Part shown: piece by piece, positions 40,002 through 60,494 of the stretch | Position numbering within the stretch: position 1 is the stretch's first letter | Layout: each line of letters begins with the position of its first letter | Translations under genes and position numbers: made by a program | Assembly (NCBI RefSeq): GCF_009914755.1 | Contig: NC_060943.1 | DNA: 64,000 nucleotides | From: the human T2T-CHM13v2.0 reference genome, Homo sapiens | Reading direction: 5' to 3' (one strand) | The notes under the pieces: generated by a model | Told to the model about the DNA's origin: nothing | Database searches by the model: none | Seen by the model: the letters and a program-made list of their open reading frames with translations, nothing else

Positions 40002-41325
40002 AGTTTGGCCTTCCCACCTCTATACAGTCCGATAACGGACCAGCCTTTATTAGGCAAATCACCCAAGCAGTTTCTCAGGCTCTTGGTATTCAGAGGAACC
40101 TTCATACTCTTTACCGTCCTCAATCTTCAGAAAAGGCAGAATGGACTAATGGTCTTTTAAAAACACACCTTACCAAGCTCAGCCACCAACTTAAAAAGGA
40201 CTGGACAATACTTTTACCACTTTCGCTTCTCAGAATTAGGGCCTGTCCTTGAAATGCTACGGGGTACAGCCCATTTGAGCTCCTGTGTGAATGCTCCTTT
40301 TTATTAGGCCCCAGTATCATTCCAGACACCAGAGCAACTTGGACTGTGCCCCAAAAAACTTGTCATCCCTATCTTCTATCTAGTCATACTCCTATTCACC
40401 CTTGTCAACTACTCATAAATGCCCTGCTCTTCTTTACACTGCCAGTTTACACTGTTTCTCCAAGCCATCACAGCTGGTATCTCCTGGTGCTATCCCCAAA
40501 CCACCACTCTTAACTCTTAAAGTAAATAAATAATCTTTGCTGGCAAGGCTATGCTGAACCTCCTTAGGCACTCTCTAATTGGATGTCCTGGGTCCTCCCA
40601 ATTCTTAGTCTTTTAATACCTGTTTTTCTCCTTCTCTTATTCTGTTTAGTTTTTCAATTCATACAAAACCATATCCAGGCCATCACCAATAATTCTATAT
40701 GACAAATGTTTCTTCTACCAACCCCACAATATCACCCCTTACCACAAAATCTTCCTTCAGCTTAATCTCTCCCACTCTAGGTTCCCACGCCGCCCCTAAT
40801 CCTGCTCAAAGCAGCCCTGAGAAACATCGCCCATTCTCTTTCCATACCACCCCCAAAAATTTTCGCCGCCCCAAGACTTCAACACTATTTTGTTTTATTT
40901 TTTATTTATTATAAGAAGACAGGAATGTCAGGCCTCTGAGCCCAAGTTAAGCCATCATATAGCCTGTGACCTGCAGGTACACATCCAGATGGCCTGAGGT
41001 AACTGAAGAATCACAAAAGGAGTGAAAATGGCCTGTTCCTGCCTTAACTGATGACATTACTTTGTGAAATTCCTTCTCCTGGCTCAGCCTGGCTCAAAAG
41101 CTCCCCCACTGAGCACTTTGTGACCCCCGGCCCTGCCCTCAAGAGAACAACCCCCTTTGACTGTAATTTTCCTTTATGTACCCAAATCCTATAAAACAGC
41201 CCCACCCCTATCACTCTCGCTGATTCTCTTTTTGGACTCAGCCTGCCTGCACCCAGGTGAAATAAACAGACTTGTTGATCACACAAAGCCTGTTTGGTGG
41301 TCTCTTCTCACAGACGGGAGTGAAA
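40002..41325 (+). mobile_element. 3' end of an HERV-H provirus: integrase fragment, deleted env, 3' LTR7-type LTR (40926-41325)
   Basis: FGLPTSIQSDNGPAFI..ITQAVSQALGI integrase peptide from 40003; polypurine tract followed by TGTCAGGCCTCTGAGCCCAAG. Confidence 0.92.
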
Positions 41326-41778
41326 TTTACTGCAGAATATTTCCCAAAGTCTCATAATGATGCAGAAATACATGTGTACAAGACTTGTTCTGACACCTGG
41401 CACAGAACTGACAGTAGTGGCTCCCCAGGGAGGCTGGAAGGAGGGTGGAGGACGTGACAGGGAAGTGACAGGGAAAGGAGATGCTTTATGGACAAGGGCC
41501 TAAGCTGCAGCTTTGCTTGGAGCGTTACCACAAAACAAATACATACATCATGTGATGTTTAAATATCACAATATATATTTAATAATAATTGGTGGGGCTG
41601 AGCACGGTGGCTCGTGCCTGTAATCTCAGCACTCTATGAGGCTGAAGCAGGCAGATCACCTGAGGACAGGAGTTCAAGACCAGCCTGGAATCCCAGCACT
41701 TAGAAAGGCAAAGGCGGGCGGATCACGAGGTTAGGAAATCCAGACAGTCCTGGCTAACAAGGTGAAATTCTGTCTCTA

Positions 41779-42048
<270 letters not shown>

Positions 42049-42166
42049 CTAAGATCATGCCACTGCGCTCCAGCCTAAGCAACACAGCGAGACCTTCTCT
42101 CAAAATAAAATCAAATATATGAAAACAGAATAACTCAAAGTACGAAAATCCATTTTGTTTATATAG

Positions 42167-42721
<555 letters not shown>

Positions 42722-43039
42722 TGACACTTTGGCAGTTGGGGGTAGGGGGGAATCTTGTCAGATCTAAGAAAACAGGAAATGCCCCATGCTAGAAGAAGCA
42801 ATCACCCTTTCAACTGACTGACCTGGAGGAAGCTTCAGATATCTGTAGTAATGCAGGCATGTGGAGAGGCAGCCACTATGGCACTCCTTATACAAGGAAA
42901 AATCTCAAAGGATCCACATGTTGTCATTCAGCCAATTTCCAAAGCAGATGTCAAAGAGCAAGCTAGCCATGTTTACTAACTTGACAACATGTAAATTTTC
43001 GCAACTAGCAGGATCAAATATCAAAGTAAAATATTTACT

Positions 43040-43565
<526 letters not shown>

Positions 43566-43967
43566 ATAAAACGTTTTATTTTTTTAATTTACTACAGAAT
43601 TATTTTTAAAGTCTCATAATGATGCAGAAATACACGTGTATGAGACTTGCTTTGACACCTAACACAGAATTGCCAGTAGCGGCTCCCCAGTGAGGTTGGA
43701 AGGAGGGTGGAGGACGTGACAGGGAAAGGAGATACTTTATGGCAAAGGGTCTAAGCTGCAGCTTTGCTCGGGGTTTTACTAGAAAACAAATATATCCATC
43801 ACGTGATGTTTAAATATCAAAATATCTATTTAATAATAATTGGTGGGGCTGAGCACAGTGGCTTGTGCCTGTAATCCCAGCACTCTGGGAGGCTGAGGTG
43901 GGCAGATAACCTGAGGTGAGGAGTTTGAGGCCACCCTGGCCAACATGATGAAACCCCACCTCTACTA

Positions 43968-44210
<243 letters not shown>

Positions 44211-44837
44211 TTAATGTGCTAAGAATGGTTTAATGAATCTCCTGCTATTATTTAGGTTGATTTCCTATTCTTAAACTAATGATGGAATAAAACACCTTCT
44301 ATCATTCATGTCTGTGTATGAACTTTCCATTCTAATTAGTACAATTTTTGGAGTCAGAAACACAGTAATTCACTAAATTACCTAAAAATGTAGTATAAAA
44401 TCAGGGAGAAAAGATTTTTTCTTATTGGTCTCCTTTTCTAGAATTTAGACCTACTTTGTGCACATTAATACGTGACTTCCATTGGCAGCTGCTCTAATCC
44501 TGGTCCACAGAGAGATGACAGAGCATCCAGATGTGGCCCCTGAACAATCCCTGCTGCCCAACAGCACTGACACCATGGGACCCTCACTCCGTCTCCATCC
44601 ATGTCTGGGTGTGAGCCCTTCCCAGGACCATGCCCAGTGCAGCCTCTCCTATGTTCATGTCACTGGATCATGAAAGATAAAATCTAAGCCAGATAAGAGG
44701 GAATGAGGGAAGGCATGGGTGAGTGTGAGCAAACCTGTCAGGAAGGATGCTTCAGACTCAGAGAAGACTCCCAACTCCAAGGCCCAGCGTTACTCAAAGG
44801 AAGGAGACAGAACAATCCACCGAGAATATCATCTCAC

Positions 44838-44925
44838 CTGAGGAAGAGCCATCCCTGACTCCTTTGCTTTCCTCTTCCTCTTCTGGGTTTCTTCCTCACG
44901 TACCAAAAGTCTTTAGAAGTCAATC
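44838..44925 (-). pseudogene. Second orphan KRAB-ZNF start exon, more diverged (ATG at 44850-44852, MALPQ)
   Basis: ttcag|GATTGACTTC...GGG ATG GCT CTT CCT CAG|gtgaga; flanking sequence 44350-44830 is paralogous to 24360-24800 and 62860-63300. Confidence 0.8.
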
Positions 44926-44997
44926 CTGAATGTTAAAAATATGTTATTTATTGCTCAGAATCAACACATGCCCTCCCTGTAACACAATCACACAAAG

Positions 44998-45460
44998 TGT
45001 AATGCACGTCCGTGTGAAGAGACCGCCAAACACAATTTGTTTAAATAATGAGGCTGTTTATTTCACCTGGGTGCAGCCGGGCTGAGTCTGGAAAGAGAGT
45101 CAGCAAAGTGTGGTGGGATTATCATTAGTTCTCATAGGTTTTGGGACAGGCGGTGGAGTTAGGAGCAATGTTTTGCGGGCAGGGGGTGGATCTCACCAAG
45201 TACATTCTCAAGGGTGGGGAGAATTACAAAGAACCTTCTGAAGGGTGGGGGAGATTACAAAGAACCTTTTTAAGAGTGAGGGAGATTACAAAGTACTTTG
45301 ATCAGTCAGGGTGGGGCAGAAACAAATCACAATGGTGGAATGTCATCAGTTAAGGCCATTTTCACTTCTTTTGTGGATCTTCAGTTGCTTCAGGCCATCT
45401 GGATATATACGTGCAGGTCACAGGGGATATGATGGCTTAGCTTGGGCTCAGAGGCCTAAC
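44998..45460 (-). mobile_element. LTR7-family (LTR7C-like, HERV-H) solo LTR
   Basis: Minus strand begins gttaggcctctgagcccaagctaagccatcatatcccctgtgacctgcacg; imperfect TSD caaag/taaag. Confidence 0.85.
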
Positions 45461-45942
45461 TAAAGACCTCACCCTGAGGAAATAGTCCCCCCTTCTGCCC
45501 TCCTAACCATGGATGATAAACTCCTACAGGGAAACTCCCGCTCCCCTTCTGGAGGAGTCCACACACAAGCTGCAGCAGTGGGGAGCTGGGCTGGAATGAG
45601 CTCCCCTTCAGGGCACAGACCCAGCCCTGACCGAACCCCACGCAGAGGCTGGGTGCGGTGGCTCATGCCTGTCATCCCAGCACTCTCGGAGGCCAAGGCG
45701 GGTAGATCACTTGAGCTCAGGAGTTTGAGACCAGCCTGGGCAACATGGTGAAACCCCATCTCTACCAAAAATACAAAACTTAGCCAGGTATGGTGGTGCA
45801 TGTCTGTGTGTCTGTGGTCCCAGCTACTTAGAAGGCTGAGGTGGGAGGATCACTTGACCTGAGGAGTTTGAGAGCAGCCTGGCCAACATGGTGAAACCCT
45901 GTATCTACTAAAAATACAAAAATGGGCCGGGCGTGTGGGTCA

Positions 45943-46230
<288 letters not shown>

Positions 46231-47551
46231 TTAGCCAGGTGTGGTGGCAGACACCTGTAATCTCAGCTACTTCGGAGGCTGAGGCACAAGAATTGCTTGA
46301 ACCTAGGAGACAGAGGTTGCAGTGATCCAAGATCACGAGACTGCGCTCACAGCCTGGACGATAGAGTGACTCAGTCTCAGGAAAAAAAAAAAAAAAAAAA
46401 AGCGCATTTCTGATGTGATTGATGCAGAGATAATAAAACCTGAGTAACATGATGCAGACTGATGGGCAGAGGGAACTTCAGACGGGGGTGGGAGGGCATG
46501 GGAGACAGCTCTGAGCCTAGATCTGGAGGAGAAATGGACAGGGTACATAGGGTAAGAGCAGGGACAATGACAGGGTTTTGATGTTTGGGAAAAGAGAAAA
46601 GCAAATGTGACTGGGGCAAAGGGATTCATGAGATGAGGGCAAGCTCCCAGGAGGAGGCTGGACACTGGCAGGGGCCCTGGACACAGGGCTGTGGAGCCAC
46701 AGTGAGGGGTTGGGCTTTTGTCCTGGGGAACACGGGAAGCCGGTGGAGGGTTCCCTGCCAGGGATTGACGTGACCTGCTTTAGATTTCGCTGTGATATCC
46801 TCATACAGAGAAAGGCCCCGAAGATGGTCTCTGTGTCTGAGTCTACCTCTGTTTCTTCCATTCTTCTGCTTTTGTTTTTTATTTTGAGGGCACTGCATCC
46901 CATTGAAAATTCTAATCACAACTGGGCACTCCTCTCCTCAAAAAAATAAAAAAAAAAAAGCCACACCCAGACACGCACTCCATTTTGCCAATCATTTCAG
47001 GGGCCAGGGTCACTCGGGTTGAGCTTTTCTGGTCTAGTCCCTCGTCGCCAAGTTGCAGGGAGGCTCACTGGGGCTCAGATCGGAAGACATTTTCACCAAG
47101 TTACCCTACGAATGTCTGAGAGGAGTGAGAAGGTGTGCCTGAATTCTTACATGGGGGCCTGGAGGGGCTAATAGGAAGGGTTGGTCTTATCACCCTCATC
47201 CTGGAAAATTAGAGAAGCCTCTTTCACAAACCTGGGCTAAAGAAACTTCTTTTGCAAGGTTCTGATGCCATTGATTCCTGACAGTTAATTCTTCCTTACA
47301 GGAAAATCACAGGAATATTTATAAAATGCAGAAGTGTGAACACACAGCTATTGACCTTGAAAACAGGGAAAGAAGGTCAACTGTAGAACTAAGAAATAAG
47401 CAAATTGTTTCAATCAAGAATACATGAGTGGTCAGGCATGGTGGCTCACGCCTGTAATCCTAGCACTTTTGGGAGGTCGAGGTGGGCAGATCACCTGAAG
47501 TCAGGAGTTCGAGACCAGCCTGGTCAACATGGTGAAACCCTGTCTCTACTA

Positions 47552-47716
<165 letters not shown>

Positions 47717-49643
47717 TCAAAAAAGAAAAAGAAAAAGAAAAAAAAAACAGAGGCCAGGCGGGGTGGCTCATGTCTGTAATCGCAGCACATTGGGAGGCCG
47801 AGTCGGGCGGATCACAAGGTCAAGAGTTAGAGACCAGCCTGACAAACATGGTGAAACCCTGTCTCTACTAAAAATACAAAAATTAGCCAGGCATGTTGGT
47901 GGGTGCCTGTAATTCCAGCTACTCAGGAGACTGAGGCAGGAGAATCACTTGATCCCGGGAGGCAGAGGTTGCAGTAAGCTGAGATCGCACCACTGCCCTC
48001 CATCCAAGGCGACAGAGCAAGACTCCATTTCAGGAAAAAAAAAGAAAAAGAATACATGGGTGCTTTTGGAGGAGAGTTCCATGCCAATCCAGCCCATGTT
48101 TCAACATTTTTCCAGAATGGACCAGAGGGCCTTGAGGGAAACACGCAATAAATAGCTCCCAGCTCAAGATTTTAACAAATGACATAAGGAAAGAAAACTG
48201 AAAAACAGACTAACTGGTTAAACTACATTTTGATGTTTAGTTAAAAGGTCACTGACATCTATACCAAGTACACACTGAAACAATCAAACTTAAGTACTGG
48301 GTATGAAACGCTTCCAATAAATAACAAAGACCAGAAAGCATGCAGACTTCGATCTGAACTGGATGCAACTAATTTCAAACAGCAACTATTTTTTTTAATC
48401 TAATGAATTCTGGGGTCAACTGGAAAAGAACAGGAGAATATACAAGTACAGAAATGAATGATGTGAGCTGACTATACGATGCTGCAAAGGCATCTTTCAG
48501 ATGTGATTATATACTATGAAAGAAATACAATTTTTAAAACTAAGATTTATCTCAAACTCAAACTGCAAAAAAAAAAAAAAGAGAGAAATGAAGAGGAATC
48601 AGAAAGGAAAAAAAAGGAAGTCTATTGAACAATGAGAACAAAAGCATTTTTAATGTTTTTTTTTAATATTTTTTGTTTGCTGGTTTCTTTGAGATGGAGA
48701 CTGACTCTACTGCTCAGGCTGAGGGCAGTGGCACGATTTTGCCTCACGGCAACCTCTACCTCCCAGGTTTAAGCGACTCTTGTGCCTCAGCCTCTCAAGT
48801 AGCTGGAACTAAAGGTGCACACCACCACCCCCCGGCTAACTTTTGTATTTTTAGTAGAGATGGGGTTTCACCATGTTAGCCAGGGTGCTCTTGAACTTCT
48901 GACCTTAGGTGATCCACTCACATCAGTCTACCAAAGTGTTGTGATTGCAGGGATGAGCCACCATCCAGCTTTGATATCCTTTTTTTTTTTTTTTTTTTTG
49001 AGACAGATTCTCACTGTCGCCCAGGCCGGAGTGCAGTGGCACGATGTTGGCTCCCTGCAAGCTCCGTCTCCAGGATTCACACCATTCTCCTGCCTCAGCC
49101 TCCCAAGCAGCTAGGACTACAGGCACCTGCCACCACGCCTGGCTAATATTTTATATTTTTAGTAGAGATGGGGTTTCACCGTGTTAGCCAGGACGGTCTC
49201 GATCTCCTGACCTTGTCATGGGCCCGTCTCGGCCTCCCAAAGTGCTGGGATTACTTACATGAGCCTCCGTGCCTGGCCTGATCTCCCTTTTATAAAGTAC
49301 TATATCAAAAAAGTACTATCTCTTTAAAAAGTACTATCTCAAAAAAGAAAAATAGAAAATAAGAATCAAAAAACAGGCTGGGAAAAGTGGCTGACATCTG
49401 TTGGCCATGCTGGTTTCAAACTTCTGACCTCAAGTGACCTATGTGCCTTGGCCTCCAACCGTGCTGGAATTACAGGTGTGAGAAACCACACCTGGCCCAA
49501 TCCTCTTAACATAAACACTTGAATGTCAATTAAGGGTTGAACTCAATGTTAAGTCAACACAAACTCAAGTCAATGCTGGACTGACTCTAGTGTCAATTAA
49601 TGCTTGATGGTTTGCTATACTCACTGCATTGGGAACAGTTATC

Positions 49644-52265
<2,622 letters not shown>

Positions 52266-53197
52266 TTAAGTACAGATGGTAAATCATACTGAAGTGTGTA
52301 AATATGACACAAAAAACAATACTTATTTTGAACTTCCCAAATATCATCTTCAAAGTTTAGGAACACAAAAGGAGTAAGATTCTTTAATAAACAAGGGGCA
52401 ATTACATGTCCTTCAAATCAATTCTATGAAAGTCTATTTCCTATGTCATCACAAAACACTGACAGGGCACAAACGTGTAAGCCTAAGGTAAGGAGTATTT
52501 TTCCACTGTGACCCTAAAGTGTATCACAATTTGCAAAAAACATATCACTGTCACATCAATGAAGAGAAAAATATATATTTTTCATATTTAAACCATATTT
52601 ACTGTGTACAAATGCTAAAAAAAAAACAAAGAAACCCACACAATATACTATATTGGTAAATAATCCACAAACTCATGTAAGGATAACCAAAATCAATGGA
52701 AATTCTGTATTTTCAAACAATTATAGCACCGAGAAGAGAAGATTACAAAAATTAACCAGGTGTGCTGGCCCGTGCCTGACAGTCACAGCAACTTGGGAGG
52801 CTGAGGCATAAGAATCACCTGAACCTGGGAGGCAGAGGTTGCGGTGAGGCAAGATTGCACCTCTGCACTCCAGCCTGGGTGACAAAGTGAGACTCCACCT
52901 CAAAAAAAAAAAAAAAGCAAAAAAAAAGTTAATTCAATATTTTTCTCAATAAATGTCATAAAATTACCTATATCCACACAGGACAGGCACTTAATGACTT
53001 TTCAAAAAATTTTTGTATTTTTATTTTTTTGAGATGGAGTCTTGCACTCCAGCTTGGAGTGCCATGGCATGATCTCAGCTCACTGCAACCTCTGCCTCCT
53101 GGGTTGAAGTGATCCTCCTGCCTCATCCTCCTGAGTACCTGGGGTTACAGGCATGCACAACTATGCCTGGGTAATTTTTGTGTTTTTAGTAGAGATG

Positions 53198-54200
53198 TGT
53201 GGGCAGCAAGCCAACTAGGTGCCAAGGCAAGAGTTCGAGGGCACAAGCTGTTCCAATATAATAAAATATATAAAATAACAAGAGTTATACTAGATCTAGA
53301 TCATAGACATGATTATATATGAATGTCATTAATCATTAGTTGGTAGCAATTACTCTTTATTCCAATATTATAATAATCCTCGCTCTATAATCATAACCTA
53401 AGAAAAGCCAGGCCATACAGAGATAGGAGCTGAGGGGACACAGTGAGAAGTGACCAGAAGACAAGAGTGCGAGCCTTCTGTTATGCCCAGACAGGGCCAC
53501 CAGAGGACTCCTTGGTCTGGCAGTGATGCCAGCGTCTGGGAAGATGCCCGTTGCCAAGCGGACCATGGTCTAGTGGTAGCATCAGTGCCAAGGAACAACA
53601 CCCGCCACTTAGCAGACCGGGAAAGGGAGTCTCCCTTTCCCCGGGGGAGTTTAGAGAACACTCTCCTCCACCACCTCTTGCGGAGGGCCTGACATCAGTC
53701 AGGCCCACCTGCAGTTATCCGGAGGCCTAACCGTCTCCCTGTGATGCTGTGCTTCAGTGGTCACGCTCCTAGTCCACCTTCGTGTTCCGTCCTGTACACC
53801 TGGCTCTGCCTTCTAGATAACAGTAGCAAAATGAGTGAAAGTACTAAAAGTGTCTGATATGCAGAAATAATGGCGCAAGCTATCTCTCTCTCTCCCTCTC
53901 TCTGCCTCGGCTGCCAGGAAGGGAAGGGCCCCCTGTCTAGTGGACAGGTGACCCACGTGACCTTACCTATCACTGGAGATGGCTCACACTCCTTACCCTG
54001 CCCCTTTGTCTTGTATCCAATAAATATCAGCGCAGCCTGGCATTCAGGGCCACTACCCATCTCTGCATCTTGCTGGCAGTGGTCCCCCGGGCCCAGCTGT
54101 CTTTTCTTTTATCTCTTTGTCTTGTGTATTTATTTCTACAGTCTCTCGTCTCCGCATAGAGAGAGCAAAACCCACCGACCCTGTGGGGCTGGTCCCTACA
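53198..54200 (+). mobile_element. LTR13-family (ERVK) solo LTR inserted inside an Alu in the last ZNF600 intron
   Basis: TGTGGGCAGCAAGCC...GGTCCCTACA, 1003 bp, 6-bp TSD gagatg; the Alu resumes at 54201. Confidence 0.88.
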
Positions 54201-54740
54201 GAGATGGGGTTTCACCAGGTTGACCAGGCTGGTCTCAAACTCCTGACCTCAAGTAATCTTCCCGCCTCAGCCTCCCAAAGTTCTGGGATTACAGGTGTGA
54301 GCCACTGTACCTGGTGGCACTTTGTGACATTAATGAGTGGAGTGTGGCAGTTATATTGCATACCACATACCGAAAAGCCATATGCAAAATTATAAAAATT
54401 AATTAATAAAATATTGTAACCCATGATAAAACCAGCAAGCAAGTAAGTACATTTATACAGCCTGCAGAATTCTAAACAATTCCCTCTTAAGAAAAAAGCC
54501 ACAACATCTACTTAACCACCAGCACACAATATAAGAACTGAAATACATGTTAAGATCACTACCTTCTCATGTATGAGGTCAAGAAAATACACAGCATTTT
54601 AAGAAATAAGAATTGACTAATGGCTGGTAACGGTGGCTGACACCTGTAATCCCAGTACTTTGGGAGGTGGAGACATGTGGAGCACGAGGTCAGGAGTTCG
54701 AGAACAGCCTGGCCAACATGGGGAAACCCCATCTCTACTA

Positions 54741-54947
<207 letters not shown>

Positions 54948-55942
54948 TTATGATGTCACAACTACACTTATGTAACAGCCAGGCAATACAGCAATTTTAC
55001 ATTTGTGCATTCCCCATAGTTATCTAGTTCACTATGCGTAAGATATAAAACATAGAATGTGTACTGGGAAAATTTATAAACAGATCAGAGAAAATATTGT
55101 ATAAAACAAATTGCACAATAAGAACAAAAAATATGATGTATGTTCCCTGGCCCGAATGTTCACCTTGGCTAAAAGTCATTATCAGATTTCTTATTCTCCA
55201 ATAAGGATGTTCCTGCAGTTGGGGTCTTTTAGAGAATTTGGTCATGGGTGTTGACTAATTGTGAATAGGACTAGGGCTTTTAATTGTATTTTTTCTTTCT
55301 TTATCTACTTTTGAGACAGAGTTTCGCTCTTGTTGCCCAGGCTGGAGTGCAATAGCATGATCTAGGTTCACCACAGTCTCTACCTCCCAGGTTCAAGCGA
55401 TTCTCCTGCCTCAGCCACCCGAGTAGCTGGGATTACAGGCATGTGCAATCATGCCTGGCTCATTTTGTATTTTTAGTAGAGACATGGTTTCTCCATGTTG
55501 GTCAGGCTCGTTTCAATCTCCCGACCTCATGTGATTTGGCCGTCTTAGCCTCCCAAAGTGCTGGGATTACAGGTGTAAGCCACCACGACTGGCCAGGACT
55601 ACTGTTTTTATAAAAAGAGACAGTAAAGAGCTCATTGCCTGCTCCTCTTTCCCCCATGTCAGGACACTGCAGGAAGGTGGCTGGGCTAAACCACGAAGAA
55701 GGCTCTCACCAGGAGCCAATCTAGCTGACATCTTGTTCTTGGATTTCCCATTTTCCAGATTCATGAGAAATAAATTTCTATGTCTTAAGCTTTCAAGTTT
55801 CAGCTATTTCTTTTTTTTTGTCTGTCATGCTTCATCACCCAGGCTGGAGTGCAGTGGCACGACTCTCCTACCTAAAGAGATTCTCATGCCTCAGCCTCTT
55901 GAGTAGCTGGCACTACAGATACATGCCACCATGCCTGGCTAA

Positions 55943-56158
<216 letters not shown>

Positions 56159-56555
56159 TGAAATTCTGACCTGAGGTGATCCACCCGTCTTTGCCTCCCA
56201 AATTTTTGGGATTATAGTCGTGAGCCATCACGCCCGTCCAATTTTTTTTAATTTAGTAGATTCAAGGTTTCATTATGTTTGCCCGACTGCTCTCAAACTC
56301 CTGACCTCAAGCCATCTACCCACCTCAGCCTTTCAAAGTGCTGGAATTAGAGGCCTAAGCCACTGCGGCTGGCCAGTCTAAGCTATTTCTGACAGAACAG
56401 TGAAAAGAGTGAGATAGGAAAAGAGGCATCTCATCATCAACATCACTGAAGGCTGACAAATCTTATTAAACAAAGGAAGTTGAGTGTGTACTATAAAACT
56501 TATATGAAGCCATCTAATAGTATTCACTTGTTTTAAAAAGCAGGTGGACGAATCA

Positions 56556-56798
<243 letters not shown>

Positions 56799-56832
56799 TC
56801 AGGCCTGTAATCCTAGCTCTTTGGGAGGCTCA

Positions 56833-57063
<231 letters not shown>

Positions 57064-58223
57064 TCAAAAAACAAACAAACAAAAACCAAAAACCAACCCT
57101 GGAGGCAAATTAACATTATTTCTCAAATAACAAAAGCAGGCCCGCGGTGTTCATGGACATGACCCCAGTTTGCACGTACGGTAAGTGAGGGACAAGACTT
57201 GATCCTGGGCATGAAGGATCCCATGACATGTTCTTAGGCACAATAGTCAGCCCAGGCAGGACAGGAAATGACCAGACACAGAAAATACAAGGAGAACAGA
57301 TAGAAGTACATCAAGGGGGATACAAGGACTGAGCTGGGACACAAGCGCTGAGCTGCGCTGCTGACAGTGGTTCTGAAGCCATCCCTCATGGATCATGTGC
57401 TGAGTCATGATGCCCTGCACACACTGATTTAAGCGGCCTCCTATAATTTTGTCCAGTGGATGAACAAGGTCTTGACTTACTCAGTGAGAGTAGTGTTGGA
57501 GGGGAGGGGCTCACGGGGAAATTGGGGTGTTCACTATTACAAAGTCAATAGGCTGGTATTTGCATCCAGATCAATGTATCATGTGAGGCAAGGCCAGGAA
57601 AGGAAGGGCAAGGGTGGAGAGCAGGAAGTAATGGGCATGTAGGAGTGAACTTTGTGCATGCACATCTGTGGGAATATAATTCCACTAGGATAGACCAAAT
57701 CTTGAGCTTGGAAGAAAGTGGAACTAATTTAGCAAATGGTAAAATATTGACCCAAGGTTAAATATTCAAATTACAATATGGGCAAGGGACAAGAATGAAA
57801 GAGATCCAAAAAAGCAGCAGTATGGTGGCCTGAGGTGAAAGCAATTTTACATCTCTTAAATTAAATGCCTCTGATTTCTAGTTTCAAGCATATACTCAAC
57901 AATAATCCCCTGTGTAGATTCCAGAAATGTGTACACACAAAAAAATAAGTAAACCCTATGAAGAGTACAGTAGAGCAATGTAGGAGACCATGGGGTTGAA
58001 GAAGGATGCCCTGGCTGAGTAGGTAGAGATGTGTTTGTGAAAACAGAGCCAGGCTGAGTGCAGTGGCTCACGTCTGTAATCTCAGCTCATTAGGAGGATG
58101 GATGGGTGGATCACAAGGTCAGGAGTTCGAGACCAGCCAGGCCAGCATGGTGAAACACTGTCTCTACTGAAAAAATATAAAATATTAGCCCGGCATGGTG
58201 GTGCATGTCTGTAATCCCAGCTA

Positions 58224-58349
<126 letters not shown>

Positions 58350-58727
58350 CTATAACTTTAATAGAAATGTGGTTTCACCATGTTGGCCAGGCTGGTCTTG
58401 AACTCCTGACCTCAGGTGATTCACCCACCTCAGCCTTCCAAAGTGCTGGGATTACAGGCGTGTGCCACTACACCCAGCCTGGCAGCACTATTTATAATAG
58501 TAAAGAGAAGAAACCAACCCAGATGTCCATCAACAGATAAATATATGAACAAAATGTGGTATACACATACAATGGAATATTATTCAGCCTTAAAAACAAA
58601 CTTGGATGGGTCCAGGGGCTGTGGCTCATGCCTGTAATCCCAGCACATTGGGAGGCCGAGGTGGGTGGATCACGTAAGGTGAGGAGTGAGAGACGAGTCT
58701 GACCAACATAGAGAAACCCCGTCTCTA

Positions 58728-58889
<162 letters not shown>

Positions 58890-59011
58890 TCAAACAAAAA
58901 AACAAAACAAAAAAACAACCAAAAAAAAAAAAAAAAGCCATGCATGGGGCAAAATCACAAAAGAGAACACAAAACCAGGAAGGGCCAAGATAGACAAGAG
59001 CAGACTCCTCA

Positions 59012-59164
<153 letters not shown>

Positions 59165-59560
59165 CTAAAATGAAACACACATTTCCACAAAACATTATGG
59201 AGGATTGAGTTATCACCTTCATGGGAAATGAGAAAAGAGAAAATAAGTATTTGATCAAAGACTGTGTTCTGACAAAATGTTAAGGTATTTTGAATATTTT
59301 TTCCCTATAGTTGCATTTTATTGTACTTTTCTTTGAAAGATTTTAAGATGCCATAAGTCACTATGGAAGTCTCAATTTCATAGACAACATAAAAAGTATA
59401 AAAATAAAAAGGAAACACAGGGCCAGGCATGGTGGTTCACACCTGTAATCCTAACACTTCGGGAGGCCAAGGCGGGCAGATTATTTGATGTCAAGAGTTC
59501 GAGATCAGCCTGGCCAACATGGTGAAAACCTGTCTCTACTAAAAATATAAAAATTTGTCA

Positions 59561-59800
<240 letters not shown>

Positions 59801-59906
59801 TCAAGAGATTGAGACCATCCTGGTCAACATGGCAAAACCATGTCTCTACTAAAAATACAAAAATTAGCTGGGTGTCGTGGTGCAGGCCTGTACTCCCAGC
59901 TACTCA

Positions 59907-60191
<285 letters not shown>

Positions 60192-60260
60192 TCAGGCACA
60201 GTGGCTCATGCCTGTAATTCCAGTACTTTGAGAGGTCGAGGCAGGTGGATCACGAGGTCA

Positions 60261-60494
<234 letters not shown>

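Noticed and set aside
57100-57900. Non-Alu intronic stretch, possible hidden exon or KRAB-B
   Set aside because: No KRAB-B peptide or convincing splice pair was seen; probably an old LTR-element fragment that I cannot classify by eye.
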